DNA of 64,000 nucleotides from an uncultured Syntrophales bacterium (lineage in GTDB: Bacteria > Desulfobacterota > Syntrophia > Syntrophales > JADFWA01): positions 352 to 64,351 of the forward strand of contig CAZYTP010000001.1 of assembly GCA_964650385.1 (NCBI GenBank), given 5' to 3'. A program made the position numbers and the translations under genes. The notes below the pieces were generated by a model. It had not been told where the DNA came from. It ran no database searches and was given only the letters and a program-made list of their open reading frames with translations. Shown here one piece after another: positions 18,391-29,021 of this stretch (the first letter of the stretch is position 1; every line of letters starts with the position of its first letter).

Positions 18391-21366
18391 ATGAACAAGT
18401 TTAAATACTGTCCCGAACCAACACTCAAAACCGGTGAAAAGCTACATGGCTTCAACGTACTGAGGATTGAACAGATACCCGATATAAGGGTTACGGCATA
18501 CGAGATAGAACATGTTAAGACCGGAGCCAAGGTCCTCCACCTCCATAGCGACGATAAAGAGAACCTCTATTCCATTGGGTTCCGTACTCCACCTGAGAAT
18601 TCCACAGGTATTGCGCATATTCTGGAACACAGTGTCCTCGCCGGTTCTGAAAAGTTCCCATTGAAAGATGTATTCAACGAACTGGCAAGGGGGACGCTCC
18701 AGACTTTTATCAATGCCTTCACCTATCCGGACAAGACGATTTATCCTGTTGCAAGTCAGGTCCAGGCCGATTTCTTTAATCTGGCACGAGTTTACACCGA
18801 CCTCGTATTGAAACCGCTTCTTTTAAAAGAAACCTTCAATCAGGAGGGCCACCATCTTGAATTTGAAGATCCCGAAAAGATTGAGAGTAACCTCAAAATC
18901 TCAGGAATTGTATACAATGAGATGAAGGGGTCGTATTCTTCTCCTGATGCCCTTATGTACAAGGCAATCCAGGAAAACCTTTATCCGGATATCACGTATG
19001 CCTTTGATTCAGGAGGAGACCCTGATGTAATTCCATCTCTTACCTATGAACAGTTAAAAAAATTTCACCACACCTACTATTCACCAACAAATGCCCGTTT
19101 TTTCCTTTACGGCGATATTTCCACAGAGGATCACCTGGTTTTTTTAAAAGAGGTGCTCTCCGGATTCGATTATGTATCGGTCGATTCCGACATTGAAACT
19201 CAAAGACGGTGGGAAAAACCATACAGAAAGCATGGCCTATATCCCATCGGGAAGGGAGAGAGTCTTAAAGGAAAGACCATAGTAAATATGGCGTGGATGA
19301 TGGCAGAAAATACCGATCACGAAACCGTGCTTCTTCTTAAGATTGTGTCCGGAGCACTGATCGGCAGTGCGGCGGGGCCGCTTCGCAAGGCCCTGATTGA
19401 TTCAAATCTTGGCGAAGACCTCTCTCCCGTGACCAGCCTTGAGCAGGATCTAAAACAGGTTGCATTCGCTGTGGGGATTCGGGGAACTGATCCCGACAAG
19501 TCAGAACATATTGAAAAACTGATTCTAAAGACCTTGCGGAAAGTGGCAGAAGCAGGTTTTGAACGGGAGGTGATTGAAGGTGTGCTTCACCGGGTGGAAT
19601 TTGGCGGCAAAGAGATCGTTCGCAGCCGGATGCCGTACGGCATTACACTTATGGGAAGGGCTTACCATACCTGGCTTTACGACGGTGACCCGATGGTCGG
19701 CCTGAAATTCCCCCAGACAATAGAGAAAATCAGAGAACAATGGAAAAAAGAACCCAGGCTTTTTCAGAAAGTTGTTCAGAAATGGTTTATCGACAACCCT
19801 CATCGACTTCTCTCAGTCATGGAACCGAGCCAGACCTATACCGGGGAAAGAGAAGCCGCATTCGGGAAAAGGATGTCTCGATTCAAGGCTTCACTTTCGC
19901 CAAAGGAACTGGAAGATATTAGAAGCAAGTCTCTTTCGCTCAGAAAGATGCAGATGGCACCGGACACACCCGAGGCACTGGCTGCATTGCCAAGACTGAA
20001 TTTAGAAGATATACCTCGCTCCATTGAAAAGATCCCAACTGAAGAAACTACAATTGCAGGCATTACCGCACTACAACATGAAATCTTTGCAAATGGTATC
20101 GCTTATCTTGATTGTGCCTTTGATATCTCCGATATTCCTGAAGATCTGCACCCATATCTCCCCCTTTTGGGAAAGATTACCGCCGGCATGGGCGCGGCGG
20201 GTCTTGACTATGAGGAAATGGCACGCCGGATTACCTTGAACACAGGGGGGCTCTGGCACAATCTCACAGCAGGCATGACCACGGATGGAAAAAACAACTG
20301 GCAGAAGTTAATTTTCAAGACAAAGGCGCTCCACCGAAACGTGCCCGATACCGTAAGTATCGTTTCAGACATATTGACGGAAGGAGACCTCTCAGATGAG
20401 GAACGCATGCGGAACCTGATCCTCGAGGCAAAAAACAATTTACATTCCGCCGTGATCCCCTCCGGTCATCTCTTCGCACAGATGACCGCTGCTGCTGCAC
20501 TTTCCACACCGGCATATCGCGATGAACAGTGGAACGGGAGGACACAGCTTAAATTCCTGAAAATGATTTCCGACGGGTTCGAAAACCGGAAAGAAGATCT
20601 TTTTGACAGACTCTCCCGCCTGCAAAAGATGATCTTCCGGAAGGAACGGCTCACACTGAACCTGACGGGAGATTCCGAAGGAATTGACCTCGTCACTGAG
20701 AGTATAAAAGGTCTGGCAGGGCGACTGGCCGGTGGCGGAAGTCGAAGGGTTCCATCCATTCCCAAATTGCACTCGAAACGCCGCGGTGTCGCCATACCCG
20801 CACAGGTCTGTTATGTGGCAAAGGTCTTTCCGGCACCGACATATTCAGATCCACTCTCGCCAACCCTCATGGTACTGGCACGGCAACTCTCAAGCAGTTA
20901 TCTCTATAAGCATATCAGAGTCCAGGGTGGGGCATACGGCGGGATGTCACTGTACGATCCGATGTGCGGCAACTTTTCATTCCTTTCATACAGAGATCCC
21001 CACTTAGTTGAAACACTGAAGGTCTATGACGGCGCCGCCGCCTTTATATCAGGAAACATAATTAAAGAAGAAGAACTTGAAAAAGCAATTATCGGCACCA
21101 TAGGAATGCTCGACAGGCCGATGGACCCATCGGGCAGGGGATACATAGCTATGATCCGCAACTTTACAGGCCTTACTGACCAAGATCGTCAGAATTTCCG
21201 CAATCGTGTCTTTGAAACATCAACAAAATCTCTCATGGAAGCGGCTGATTGTGTTTTAGCGCCAGCAGAGGAATCGTCGTCGGTTGCAGTGTATGCGGCG
21301 GCCGAACGCCTGAGCAAGGCGAATAAAACTCTATCTCCGGAGCTTGAAATCGAGTCATTAGTGTAA
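18391..21366 (+). CDS. M16 family (PreP/M16C-like) zinc metallopeptidase
   Basis: 991 aa with the inverted zinc motif HILEHSVLAGSEKFP; length and architecture are typical of presequence-protease-like enzymes. Confidence 0.9.
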   Translation: MNKFKYCPEPTLKTGEKLHGFNVLRIEQIPDIRVTAYEIEHVKTGAKVLHLHSDDKENLYSIGFRTPPENSTGIAHILEHSVLAGSEKFPLKDVFNELARGTLQTFINAFTYPDKTIYPVASQVQADFFNLARVYTDLVLKPLLLKETFNQEGHHLEFEDPEKIESNLKISGIVYNEMKGSYSSPDALMYKAIQENLYPDITYAFDSGGDPDVIPSLTYEQLKKFHHTYYSPTNARFFLYGDISTEDHLVFLKEVLSGFDYVSVDSDIETQRRWEKPYRKHGLYPIGKGESLKGKTIVNMAWMMAENTDHETVLLLKIVSGALIGSAAGPLRKALIDSNLGEDLSPVTSLEQDLKQVAFAVGIRGTDPDKSEHIEKLILKTLRKVAEAGFEREVIEGVLHRVEFGGKEIVRSRMPYGITLMGRAYHTWLYDGDPMVGLKFPQTIEKIREQWKKEPRLFQKVVQKWFIDNPHRLLSVMEPSQTYTGEREAAFGKRMSRFKASLSPKELEDIRSKSLSLRKMQMAPDTPEALAALPRLNLEDIPRSIEKIPTEETTIAGITALQHEIFANGIAYLDCAFDISDIPEDLHPYLPLLGKITAGMGAAGLDYEEMARRITLNTGGLWHNLTAGMTTDGKNNWQKLIFKTKALHRNVPDTVSIVSDILTEGDLSDEERMRNLILEAKNNLHSAVIPSGHLFAQMTAAAALSTPAYRDEQWNGRTQLKFLKMISDGFENRKEDLFDRLSRLQKMIFRKERLTLNLTGDSEGIDLVTESIKGLAGRLAGGGSRRVPSIPKLHSKRRGVAIPAQVCYVAKVFPAPTYSDPLSPTLMVLARQLSSSYLYKHIRVQGGAYGGMSLYDPMCGNFSFLSYRDPHLVETLKVYDGAAAFISGNIIKEEELEKAIIGTIGMLDRPMDPSGRGYIAMIRNFTGLTDQDRQNFRNRVFETSTKSLMEAADCVLAPAEESSSVAVYAAAERLSKANKTLSPELEIESLV

Positions 21367-21392
21367 TATAATACGGGCTGAGAGGTATCATC

Positions 21393-22268
21393 ATGAAACG
21401 AAACACGACTATAATCCTGGTCATTGTATATATTATTCTGGCGGCAGTAACATTGGCAATTAACTGGGAAAAGCTCTTTCCGCAGGATAAGGAAAAACCT
21501 GCTAAACCCGCCTACAGAGCTGAAAATCCCCCCCCGGCCATAAAGAAACCGGAAATTAAAGAAGCATATAAAATTAAGAAAGGGATAGAAACTAAAGCCG
21601 AGATTTCCGAAGCACCTGCAACTGCACTCAAAGTAATCAAGCATGAAAAAGGCTATGGAGAAATACATCAGGAAGTTATAAATTTTTTCCATTATCTCGA
21701 TCAGAAAGATTACATCAAAGCTTACAGTCTGAAGGAAGGAACGTACAAACATTTCCTTAAACTCATTGAAAAATTGTCCGCCAATCCACCGACCATATCC
21801 GGAGAAACACGGGACATCTACATCCTGACACACAACATAGCTCATTTCTACAGGGTAATCGGGGGAAAAGATATCTCGCTGATAAAGGATATCCTTTCGA
21901 ATGAAAAGGAAATAACCGAACAAACTATGGCACTGCTTTACGAGTGGATTACAAAAGAGATAGGAAACGAGAAAAAAGAAATCAAAACCACAACTAAGGA
22001 TCTTTATGAATATGCTGCTTTTTTCCTAAACACCATGGGAGGAAAGGCATACTTATCAAGAAGGGATTCCAGAACAAGAATATTTGTAACCTACTATTCC
22101 GTTCTTATACTCAATAAAGCAAACGAAGAAACTTTGAACCGTCACGGGGTAGATATCCGCCCCCATTTAAACCTTCTCCTAGAGGATATACGCTATCAGA
22201 AAAACTTGAACCGTAGAACCGAGTATCTTAAAAAGCTAAACACCATCAAAGAGAACTTAATGCCTTGA
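21393..22268 (+). CDS. hypothetical membrane-anchored protein
   Basis: 291 aa with a single N-terminal hydrophobic helix (TIILVIVYIILAAVTLAI) and no family I recognise. Confidence 0.55.
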   Translation: MKRNTTIILVIVYIILAAVTLAINWEKLFPQDKEKPAKPAYRAENPPPAIKKPEIKEAYKIKKGIETKAEISEAPATALKVIKHEKGYGEIHQEVINFFHYLDQKDYIKAYSLKEGTYKHFLKLIEKLSANPPTISGETRDIYILTHNIAHFYRVIGGKDISLIKDILSNEKEITEQTMALLYEWITKEIGNEKKEIKTTTKDLYEYAAFFLNTMGGKAYLSRRDSRTRIFVTYYSVLILNKANEETLNRHGVDIRPHLNLLLEDIRYQKNLNRRTEYLKKLNTIKENLMP

Positions 22269-23441
22269 CAAAAACCCTTCATTCCTCCTGTACCACAGGT
22301 TAGGAAATAATTTATAGATAACCCTTGATGTCAATCCGATATATTCCTTATCTCTCCTGTCAAACTGACAGGCCTGTATTATTTTCTCTTTAATCCCCTC
22401 CCTTGTGCCGCCTTCATTGAATATTTTATAGGCACAATTAAACAAAGGGCTATACATGTTTTTCTTTTCAAGATATCTATATACATTTCTAATTGTGTTG
22501 GGACCTTCAGGAGTTCCATCAATTTTTCCCATCACATTAATATCTGTCTCTATAGGATTTTTGTTGAATAATTCGTAGAAAAGTTTGCCATATCTGTAAT
22601 TCTTGCTTGCCTCTGAAGAAACGGTAACATACAGATCCCCTACCCCTGCCTGGCTGTGAAACGCCTGGAAACTTCCACCCAGCAGTTTCGACAGCGATCG
22701 TATCTCAACACCGGACCTGGCAAATATCGTTCCTGGAATAGAATCTCCAAGATTTAAGCAATCAGCAAGACCCTTTATATTTGCCACAATATTTTTGAGC
22801 GCTCCACATGCTTCGACCCCAATAACATCAAAATTATAATATGAGGATAATTCACTCCTGTCGCACCTTATTATTTCAGACCTGACAACTTTTGACATTT
22901 TTTTGCTTCCGGCAATAGTTAAACATACAGGTCTTCCAAGGGCTATATCAACATCAAAAAAGGGGCCTCCGATACACACAATTTTATACTTATGACTTAA
23001 CCCAAACAGACTGCTGTTTATCATCCGTGACGGCGTTATCAGTTCCTTTGTTTTTTCATATGAAGCCAGACCTTTGATGGGAGATATGAAGCAGGTATTT
23101 CCTTTTTTCTTTCCGATGATCGGCTTCAAGTAATTCAATATTTCTGAAAGTTTGTTCATCGTAACTGCAAGAAAGATGAATTCATTATCTTCAACAATTC
23201 TCTCCAGATCGTTTGTTGCAGAAACATTAGAGGGTAATCTCGGAACATTTTGTTTGCCACCTAATAATTTTCCAAGATCATCCGTCAGGTGTTTTGGATT
23301 AAGGTGTTCTCTATTTATTGTATGACACAATTCAGCATCATGATAATAGATTGTAACCCTCTTATCGTCCCTTCCAAACTTGTAGGCCAGAGCAGTCCCA
23401 AGCCTTCCAGGCCCAATTATCGCTATTTTACTGAAATCCAA
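22257..23441 (-). CDS. NAD(P)-dependent glycerol-3-phosphate dehydrogenase-like protein
   Basis: 394 aa with the Rossmann start IAIIGPGRLGTALAYKF and a GpsA-like core carrying a C-terminal extension. Confidence 0.65.
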   Translation of the reverse strand: MDFSKIAIIGPGRLGTALAYKFGRDDKRVTIYYHDAELCHTINREHLNPKHLTDDLGKLLGGKQNVPRLPSNVSATNDLERIVEDNEFIFLAVTMNKLSEILNYLKPIIGKKKGNTCFISPIKGLASYEKTKELITPSRMINSSLFGLSHKYKIVCIGGPFFDVDIALGRPVCLTIAGSKKMSKVVRSEIIRCDRSELSSYYNFDVIGVEACGALKNIVANIKGLADCLNLGDSIPGTIFARSGVEIRSLSKLLGGSFQAFHSQAGVGDLYVTVSSEASKNYRYGKLFYELFNKNPIETDINVMGKIDGTPEGPNTIRNVYRYLEKKNMYSPLFNCAYKIFNEGGTREGIKEKIIQACQFDRRDKEYIGLTSRVIYKLFPNLWYRRNEGFLSRH

Positions 23442-23717
23442 ATTATCTCCTCACGTACTAAATTGAAACGCACCCGTGCTATATAGGTAAAAAAAGGTCT
23501 GTATGTCAAGTGAATTTGGGGGTTGCATGTTCTGGTTATAACCCGAGAAACTGTACAGCCATTCCGCAGAGGCATATTGATCCACCGGCCAGTGCATGGG
23601 TATATTTTAATGATCTGGCCCGAAAAAGGTATAAAAAAACCCATGGAAACGGCTGTCTCTGTAATGGTCAAATTTGTTGATTTCTGTGATCAATAACCTT
23701 CTTTCAATCTAAAACTT

Positions 23718-23960
23718 TTAAAGCCTGTTCTTGCCGACCGTCTTGACAGACGGAAATCGGCTTAAATCGGTGTGGGGCAGAAATAGCGCCCCTGTATATT
23801 GATCCATATAACCGGGATCAGTGCTGAGTTCGATGTATGTCATTCGCCGTGCATGCTCGAGCTGCCTCTGACGGTGCTTTTGTGAAACCAGCACCATATA
23901 TCCCCCCTTCAGGGAAGAATTCCCGACATACGAGAATTTTTCCCGCGGCAGATCAGGCAT
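23718..23960 (-). pseudogene. 3' fragment (last ~80 codons) of a RACo/ASKHA (DUF4445) corrinoid-protein reductive activator gene
   Basis: (M)PDLPREKFSYVGNSSLKGGYMVL...ELSTDPGYMDQYTGALFLPHTDLSRFPS matches the conserved C-terminal end of RACo-type proteins, which are normally about 600 aa or longer. There is no upstream coding sequence for the rest of the gene. Confidence 0.6.
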
Positions 23961-25468
23961 GAATAAAAGGTATCAATCGATTCGTCTGTCATCGCTTCCA
24001 GACGGCGATTACGTTCATCATATACCTTTCGGGCAAATGCCAATCGGTTTTCAACTTCCCCGATATCAGTAATTATTGTAACCTTGACTTTGTCAACAAT
24101 TGCCGGGTAGTCGGAGATGAACTTGGCATGAATTATTTCGCCGTAATCTCTCAGGCGAAGCCCCTTGTCGAAACTGCTTCTGGATACACGTGTCCATACG
24201 ATATCGCGCTGTCCCATATGCCATATACCTTCCGCGCCATTGACGAGGTGATGAATCTGCCGCTCCAGAATCGGCTCGAAATCGGTCTGCATCTTTCTTC
24301 CGGCCACTTCGACCCAGATGGCAAGAGGCAGAGCGCTTCCCGGTTCCACCGTATCGATATCCGGTCCGACAACCTCGATGTCGCCATCGGTGATTTGGTC
24401 CAGATCTACTGTGGTAACGAATTCAAAGGCTGTTGTTTTGTTTCCGCCAAATTCGACATGCGAATCGGCCGCTCGAATACGTTCTCCCTCGAAGGCCGGG
24501 CCGTAGGGAACCGGTATGGAAACTTCGGTGACCATGATCTTGCAGCCGCGGACTTCCAGCGCTTTCTCAACCATCGATTCGTAAGGTACTTGAGAAACGA
24601 CATGTTCATAGGTACAGATTCCGGTAGGCAGGATCTGGGGAATATCGGTATCCGCAATAACGGGGAACCCGTAGTTGATAGCCCCCGCCGCTGCGGCGTA
24701 TTTATCCGGCGTGACCTCTCCGAAAGCCAGCACAAAAGCGAAGATACGATTTTTGTTATATTTTAGATCGTTTTCAAAATCGCCGGGTTCTACTCCGCCG
24801 AATGAAAGGGCAGCGCGGTTGGCAAATCCAAGGGCATAGATCAATGCCGACACATCCCTGCCAAAGGGTACGAGACGTGTCTCCCATCCGAGCTGCACAC
24901 CTTCTTCGGCCAACTGCTCGGCAAACTGTCTGCCGTCCGTACAGCCGGCCATGAATACATAAAGGTTCTTTTCCTGAAGCTGCCGGGCTATTTTAACCGC
25001 TATTTCATTGGAGGGCGCCGCGCCGGTAATAGCAGCAAAACCTGGGGCCGTACCGTCGACAAACTCTATCCCCCGCTCCCGCATTATTACGTCATCGGCT
25101 GCACCGAGCCAGATTCCCTCTACCGGATTGGGGCCAACGGCATATTTGCAGGCTTCGATTACTTCACATGCAAAGAGAGCGGCAACACCGGCATCGAGGG
25201 CATTGCCCAGATAGGGCAGCCAGACTTTATCTGCGGGGCGTTCGGGAAGCAGTTCTCTTGCCAGCCTTAAGACATGAAGCAGGTCATCGAGGGTCTGAAC
25301 TTTTTCGCCGGTAAATGAATAAATTACCGGCAGGTAATAAGCGGTATTGGGAAAGCAGGCCGGGGTCGTTTCACCCTTTACTCGAATCGCTTTATCAAGA
25401 ATACCTTCAGCACGTGAAACCCACTCAATGGCTCCATCAATAGCACTACCGCAGATTATCTTAGACAC
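23909..25468 (-). pseudogene. acsB: acetyl-CoA synthase (AcsB / CODH-ACS alpha) truncated before the A-cluster domain
   Basis: 519 aa, colinear with AcsB domains 1-2 up to ...MTDESIDTFYSCLIC. It then has 13 unrelated codons and a stop, whereas full-length AcsB is about 730 aa. There is an 8-nt overlap with the cooS stop. Confidence 0.8.
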
Positions 25469-27410
25469 CGAGCTCTCTCCTGTCTCTCATATCGTACAAC
25501 TTCCTTTCGGCCTTTTTGTCGATTCCCAGCTTTCTTCGGGACTCATCAAGGAGCTCCATGACCACTTCGACAGCCTTCAGTGGATCCTCGCATACATGGA
25601 AAGATCCGCCGAATATTTCTTTCGTCTCTTCTTCAAGGAAATGGGTAACATTTTCCGATCCTGCGATACGGAAAGGATGACCAAGTATTACATCGATTCC
25701 CGATGCAACAAAATAACAGCTGATCGCCACTGCCTTTTCACTCATCCATTCCGGGGCAACACCTACCGCGGGAATCTGCGACAGATCGTCACCGAGTCCG
25801 CCCTCAAGGACGACCTCAGTTCCCGCTTCAAGTATACGGGAATTATCGATACAGCTCCCCATATGTAAAACCGGCGGCATACCGACGGCCTCGCACACCT
25901 CACGCAGTCCATCTCCCGCGTGTTCAAGTGCCGCTTCGGGCATCATCATTCCTTCCTTCGCCGAGGCAATAGCAGCGCAACCGGTCTTAAGAACAAGAAC
26001 ATTTTGTTTGATCAACTCACGGGTAAGAATATTGATATAGGCGTCAACTTTCTGGTGGGGATTGTTGCAGCCGACGATTCCCACGAGGCCCTTGATGCGA
26101 CCATCCATAATGGCATCATTCAGCGGGCGGAATGACGCCCTGTATGTCCCCCCGAGCATGTATTTGATCGCGTCGACACTGAACCCGGCAACAAGCGGTT
26201 TTTTTATATCGGGGATATTTACCTTTTCCGGGTCACGATTTCTAAAGTTGTCGGCGGCCCTTTTTATCAGGTCTTTGGCTGATTGGAGAGGATCTTCCCT
26301 GTCAAAGGGCAGATGCGTAGCCCCGATGGTTTTCGCAATATCCGAGGTGGAAATAATTTCTGTATGGTAAGACTTTGCCACATCGGGAAGGCTCGGCAGG
26401 CAGCACTGGACATCGATCAGCATCATTTCGACCGCACCGGTCACTATAGCAAGTTCCTGCTGGAGGAAGTTTCCCGCCACAGGGATTCCGTGCCTCATAA
26501 GGATTTCATTTGCAGTACAGCAGATTCCGGCCAGGGTAACACCATCGGAACCGACCTTCCTTGCATACGCCACGATTTCCGGATCTGAAACGGCCACTGC
26601 CAGCATTTCCGAAAGTGCAGGTTCATGCCCGTGGACAATGATGTTGACCGTCTTTTCACCCAGAACACCGAGATTCGCATTGCTGCGTACCGGTGATGGC
26701 GTTCCAAAAAGAATATCCGACACGATGGTTGCTATCCTGGAACCACCCCAGCCATCGGCAAGGGAAGTACAAAATGCGTGCAGAAGAAGATTACGATAAT
26801 CATGATCCACACCTATATGGGTACGGTGCAGAGATTCGACAATAACTCGATCTATGCCTTTTGGCATAATACGATGATTTTTCCAGATATTTTGCTGTTT
26901 GACCGGTGACAGCGTTACGGTTTCAAGCGTCTCCTCCTGAAGCATGAACTCATTCAAAAAAAGATTCGCCAGGTCAAGGGTCACCTCTTCCTTGCTCCGC
27001 CCGGCCTCATCAACATTGTAAAGCCGTGCGGCATAGCGCAACGCATTTTCATCCTTGATTGTGTACTCGCCGCTATTTCCTTCACCGACCTTTTTCAGCA
27101 ATAGTGTCAGGTGACGGCCGTGATCGGAATGAGCCGCTGCCCCGCCGGCAACTTCACGAAGAAAATTACGCGCCACAATGGTATCGGCATCGGCACCGCA
27201 TACTCCGCGAGGAGCCTTGCCGGTTATACGGCACGGCCCCATATAACAGATACGGCAGCAACTCCCGTCCGTGCCGAAGGTACACCGTTTCCGCTGAGCG
27301 TCAACACGTGTGAAACAGGTTTGCACACAATCACTTTCCGCCTTAATCAAGGTTTCAATAGACGCAAAATCACTTACACGGTCTTCAATTTTTTTCGTTT
27401 CTTTTGCCAT
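25461..27410 (-). CDS. cooS: anaerobic carbon-monoxide dehydrogenase catalytic subunit
   Basis: 649 aa with N-terminal Cys clusters (CTFGTDGSCCRICYMGPCRI) and a typical CooS/AcsA core. Confidence 0.93.
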   Translation of the reverse strand: MAKETKKIEDRVSDFASIETLIKAESDCVQTCFTRVDAQRKRCTFGTDGSCCRICYMGPCRITGKAPRGVCGADADTIVARNFLREVAGGAAAHSDHGRHLTLLLKKVGEGNSGEYTIKDENALRYAARLYNVDEAGRSKEEVTLDLANLFLNEFMLQEETLETVTLSPVKQQNIWKNHRIMPKGIDRVIVESLHRTHIGVDHDYRNLLLHAFCTSLADGWGGSRIATIVSDILFGTPSPVRSNANLGVLGEKTVNIIVHGHEPALSEMLAVAVSDPEIVAYARKVGSDGVTLAGICCTANEILMRHGIPVAGNFLQQELAIVTGAVEMMLIDVQCCLPSLPDVAKSYHTEIISTSDIAKTIGATHLPFDREDPLQSAKDLIKRAADNFRNRDPEKVNIPDIKKPLVAGFSVDAIKYMLGGTYRASFRPLNDAIMDGRIKGLVGIVGCNNPHQKVDAYINILTRELIKQNVLVLKTGCAAIASAKEGMMMPEAALEHAGDGLREVCEAVGMPPVLHMGSCIDNSRILEAGTEVVLEGGLGDDLSQIPAVGVAPEWMSEKAVAISCYFVASGIDVILGHPFRIAGSENVTHFLEEETKEIFGGSFHVCEDPLKAVEVVMELLDESRRKLGIDKKAERKLYDMRDRRELGV

Positions 27411-28212
27411 AATGAATACGTTTCAAAAATATCCTGTTTTATTCCCATAAGAAGTGTCCCACGTCAAACTTATTCTGTTCCCCAAACAAACAAATAAGGG
27501 CCCAAAAAAAATCTAATCCAGTCACTACCCATTCCGTGTGGATCGAATAGTGACGTAACAGCTTAATTTCACTCGTTTCATCCCGCAATTTACGGTTTAT
27601 TGACGTTGATACCCGCTCCTGTCCCCTGTCAGAATATCTGCGTTTTGTTGATAATAGGTACGGAGTAAATTTACAGGAAAATTCGTCCAATATCAACTTA
27701 TCAGGACAAACCGACCCGATAATCATCGGCGTACAATATGTCAATATTTTGACAATTATTTTCGTAAAGTGTCCGTATACAACTCGTTGGCATACAAAGC
27801 CGTTTCTAATCGCCTCCAAAAAATATTTTTGGGGTTCACCCCCTCGAATATCTCATAAAACTCTGAGCAGGGAATAAGTGTGATTGTATGAATCTCCCAA
27901 TGAGTTTCGCAGCAATTGACAGGGAGCGAACCCCGCAAGCCCCGCCCCGTGGGCGGAGAGTTTAACTTGCCTCATCGTTTTTTGAAATGTTTTGTACACA
28001 ATCAGCATCCATTTATATGTCTTCCAAAAGCGATTATTTTTGCATAATTAAATATTAGGAAGCCATAAATTGTCGTGGTGGTATGGGTTTTGCTGTTTTG
28101 TCTTAATGCACAAATTTAGTCAGGTGATTTTGCACCCGTCAAATTTTTCCAGCGGTGCCGAATGTAACGATTATACCCTTTGTGTGTATAATCTTCAGGG
28201 TTATCTTTCAAT

Positions 28213-28989
28213 ATGGGACATATTATCTGCATTACAAGCCAGAAAGGAGGCGTCGGCAAAACAACAACCGCCATCAACCTTTCGGCAGCCCTTGCCTTAG
28301 CTGAAAAAAAATCATTACTTGTAGATTGTGATCCTCAGGGCAATGCAACTTCGAGTATGGGAATAGATAAAAGCAAATTAAGAGTAACTTTGTATGATGC
28401 CATGATCGGGAATGAAATGCTAAGCAACGTGATCATTGATAGCAAAATCAGTTTTTTGAAAATGCTTCCGGCTCGTATCGATCTTGCCAGAACAGAAGCG
28501 GAACTTTTTTCGAAGCCTGGTAAAGAAAAAATACTGAGAAATTTACTCCATGATTTCAAAGATGTATATGACTATATTATCATCGACTCACCGCCTTCTC
28601 TAAGCATCCTTACGGTAAATGCGATAATCGCGGCGGATTCCTTACTGATTCCTCTTCAGTGTGAATTCTATGCATTAGAAAGTATGAGACAACTTTTAAA
28701 GACCATCCGAATCCTTAAGAAAAAATTTAACCCTGATCTTCGTATTAACGGCATACTTTTAACGATGTTTAAAAAAAATGAGGAAATATCCAGCCAGATT
28801 GCTGAAGAAGTCCGAAATCATTTCAAATACATGGTATTCAAGACAGTGGTCCCCAGAAACGTACAATTGCGGGAATCTGCTGTTCATGGAAAACCTCTGC
28901 TGCTGCAGGACATTTTATCCCAGGGGGCACGCAGCTATATGGAACTGGCAAGTGAAATCATGGCCATGAGAGCAGAGGCTGAATATTGA
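28213..28989 (+). CDS. parA: ParA/Soj-type partition ATPase
   Basis: 258 aa with the deviant Walker A SQKGGVGKTTTAINLS and VVPRNVQLRESAVHGKPL, as in chromosomal Soj. Confidence 0.9.
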   Translation: MGHIICITSQKGGVGKTTTAINLSAALALAEKKSLLVDCDPQGNATSSMGIDKSKLRVTLYDAMIGNEMLSNVIIDSKISFLKMLPARIDLARTEAELFSKPGKEKILRNLLHDFKDVYDYIIIDSPPSLSILTVNAIIAADSLLIPLQCEFYALESMRQLLKTIRILKKKFNPDLRINGILLTMFKKNEEISSQIAEEVRNHFKYMVFKTVVPRNVQLRESAVHGKPLLLQDILSQGARSYMELASEIMAMRAEAEY

Positions 28990-29021
28990 ACAAATATCCT
29001 ATTGAAGAAAGGAGTCGTTGC

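Noticed and set aside
28000-29021. A parS-type centromere or a ParB gene near parA, and the ATG at 28986 as the start of the acidic protein.
   Set aside because: I found no TGTTTCACGTGAAACA-like sequence and no ParB-like ORF. The GTG at 29022 has a much better RBS than the ATG at 28986, although the 4-nt overlap alternative cannot be excluded.
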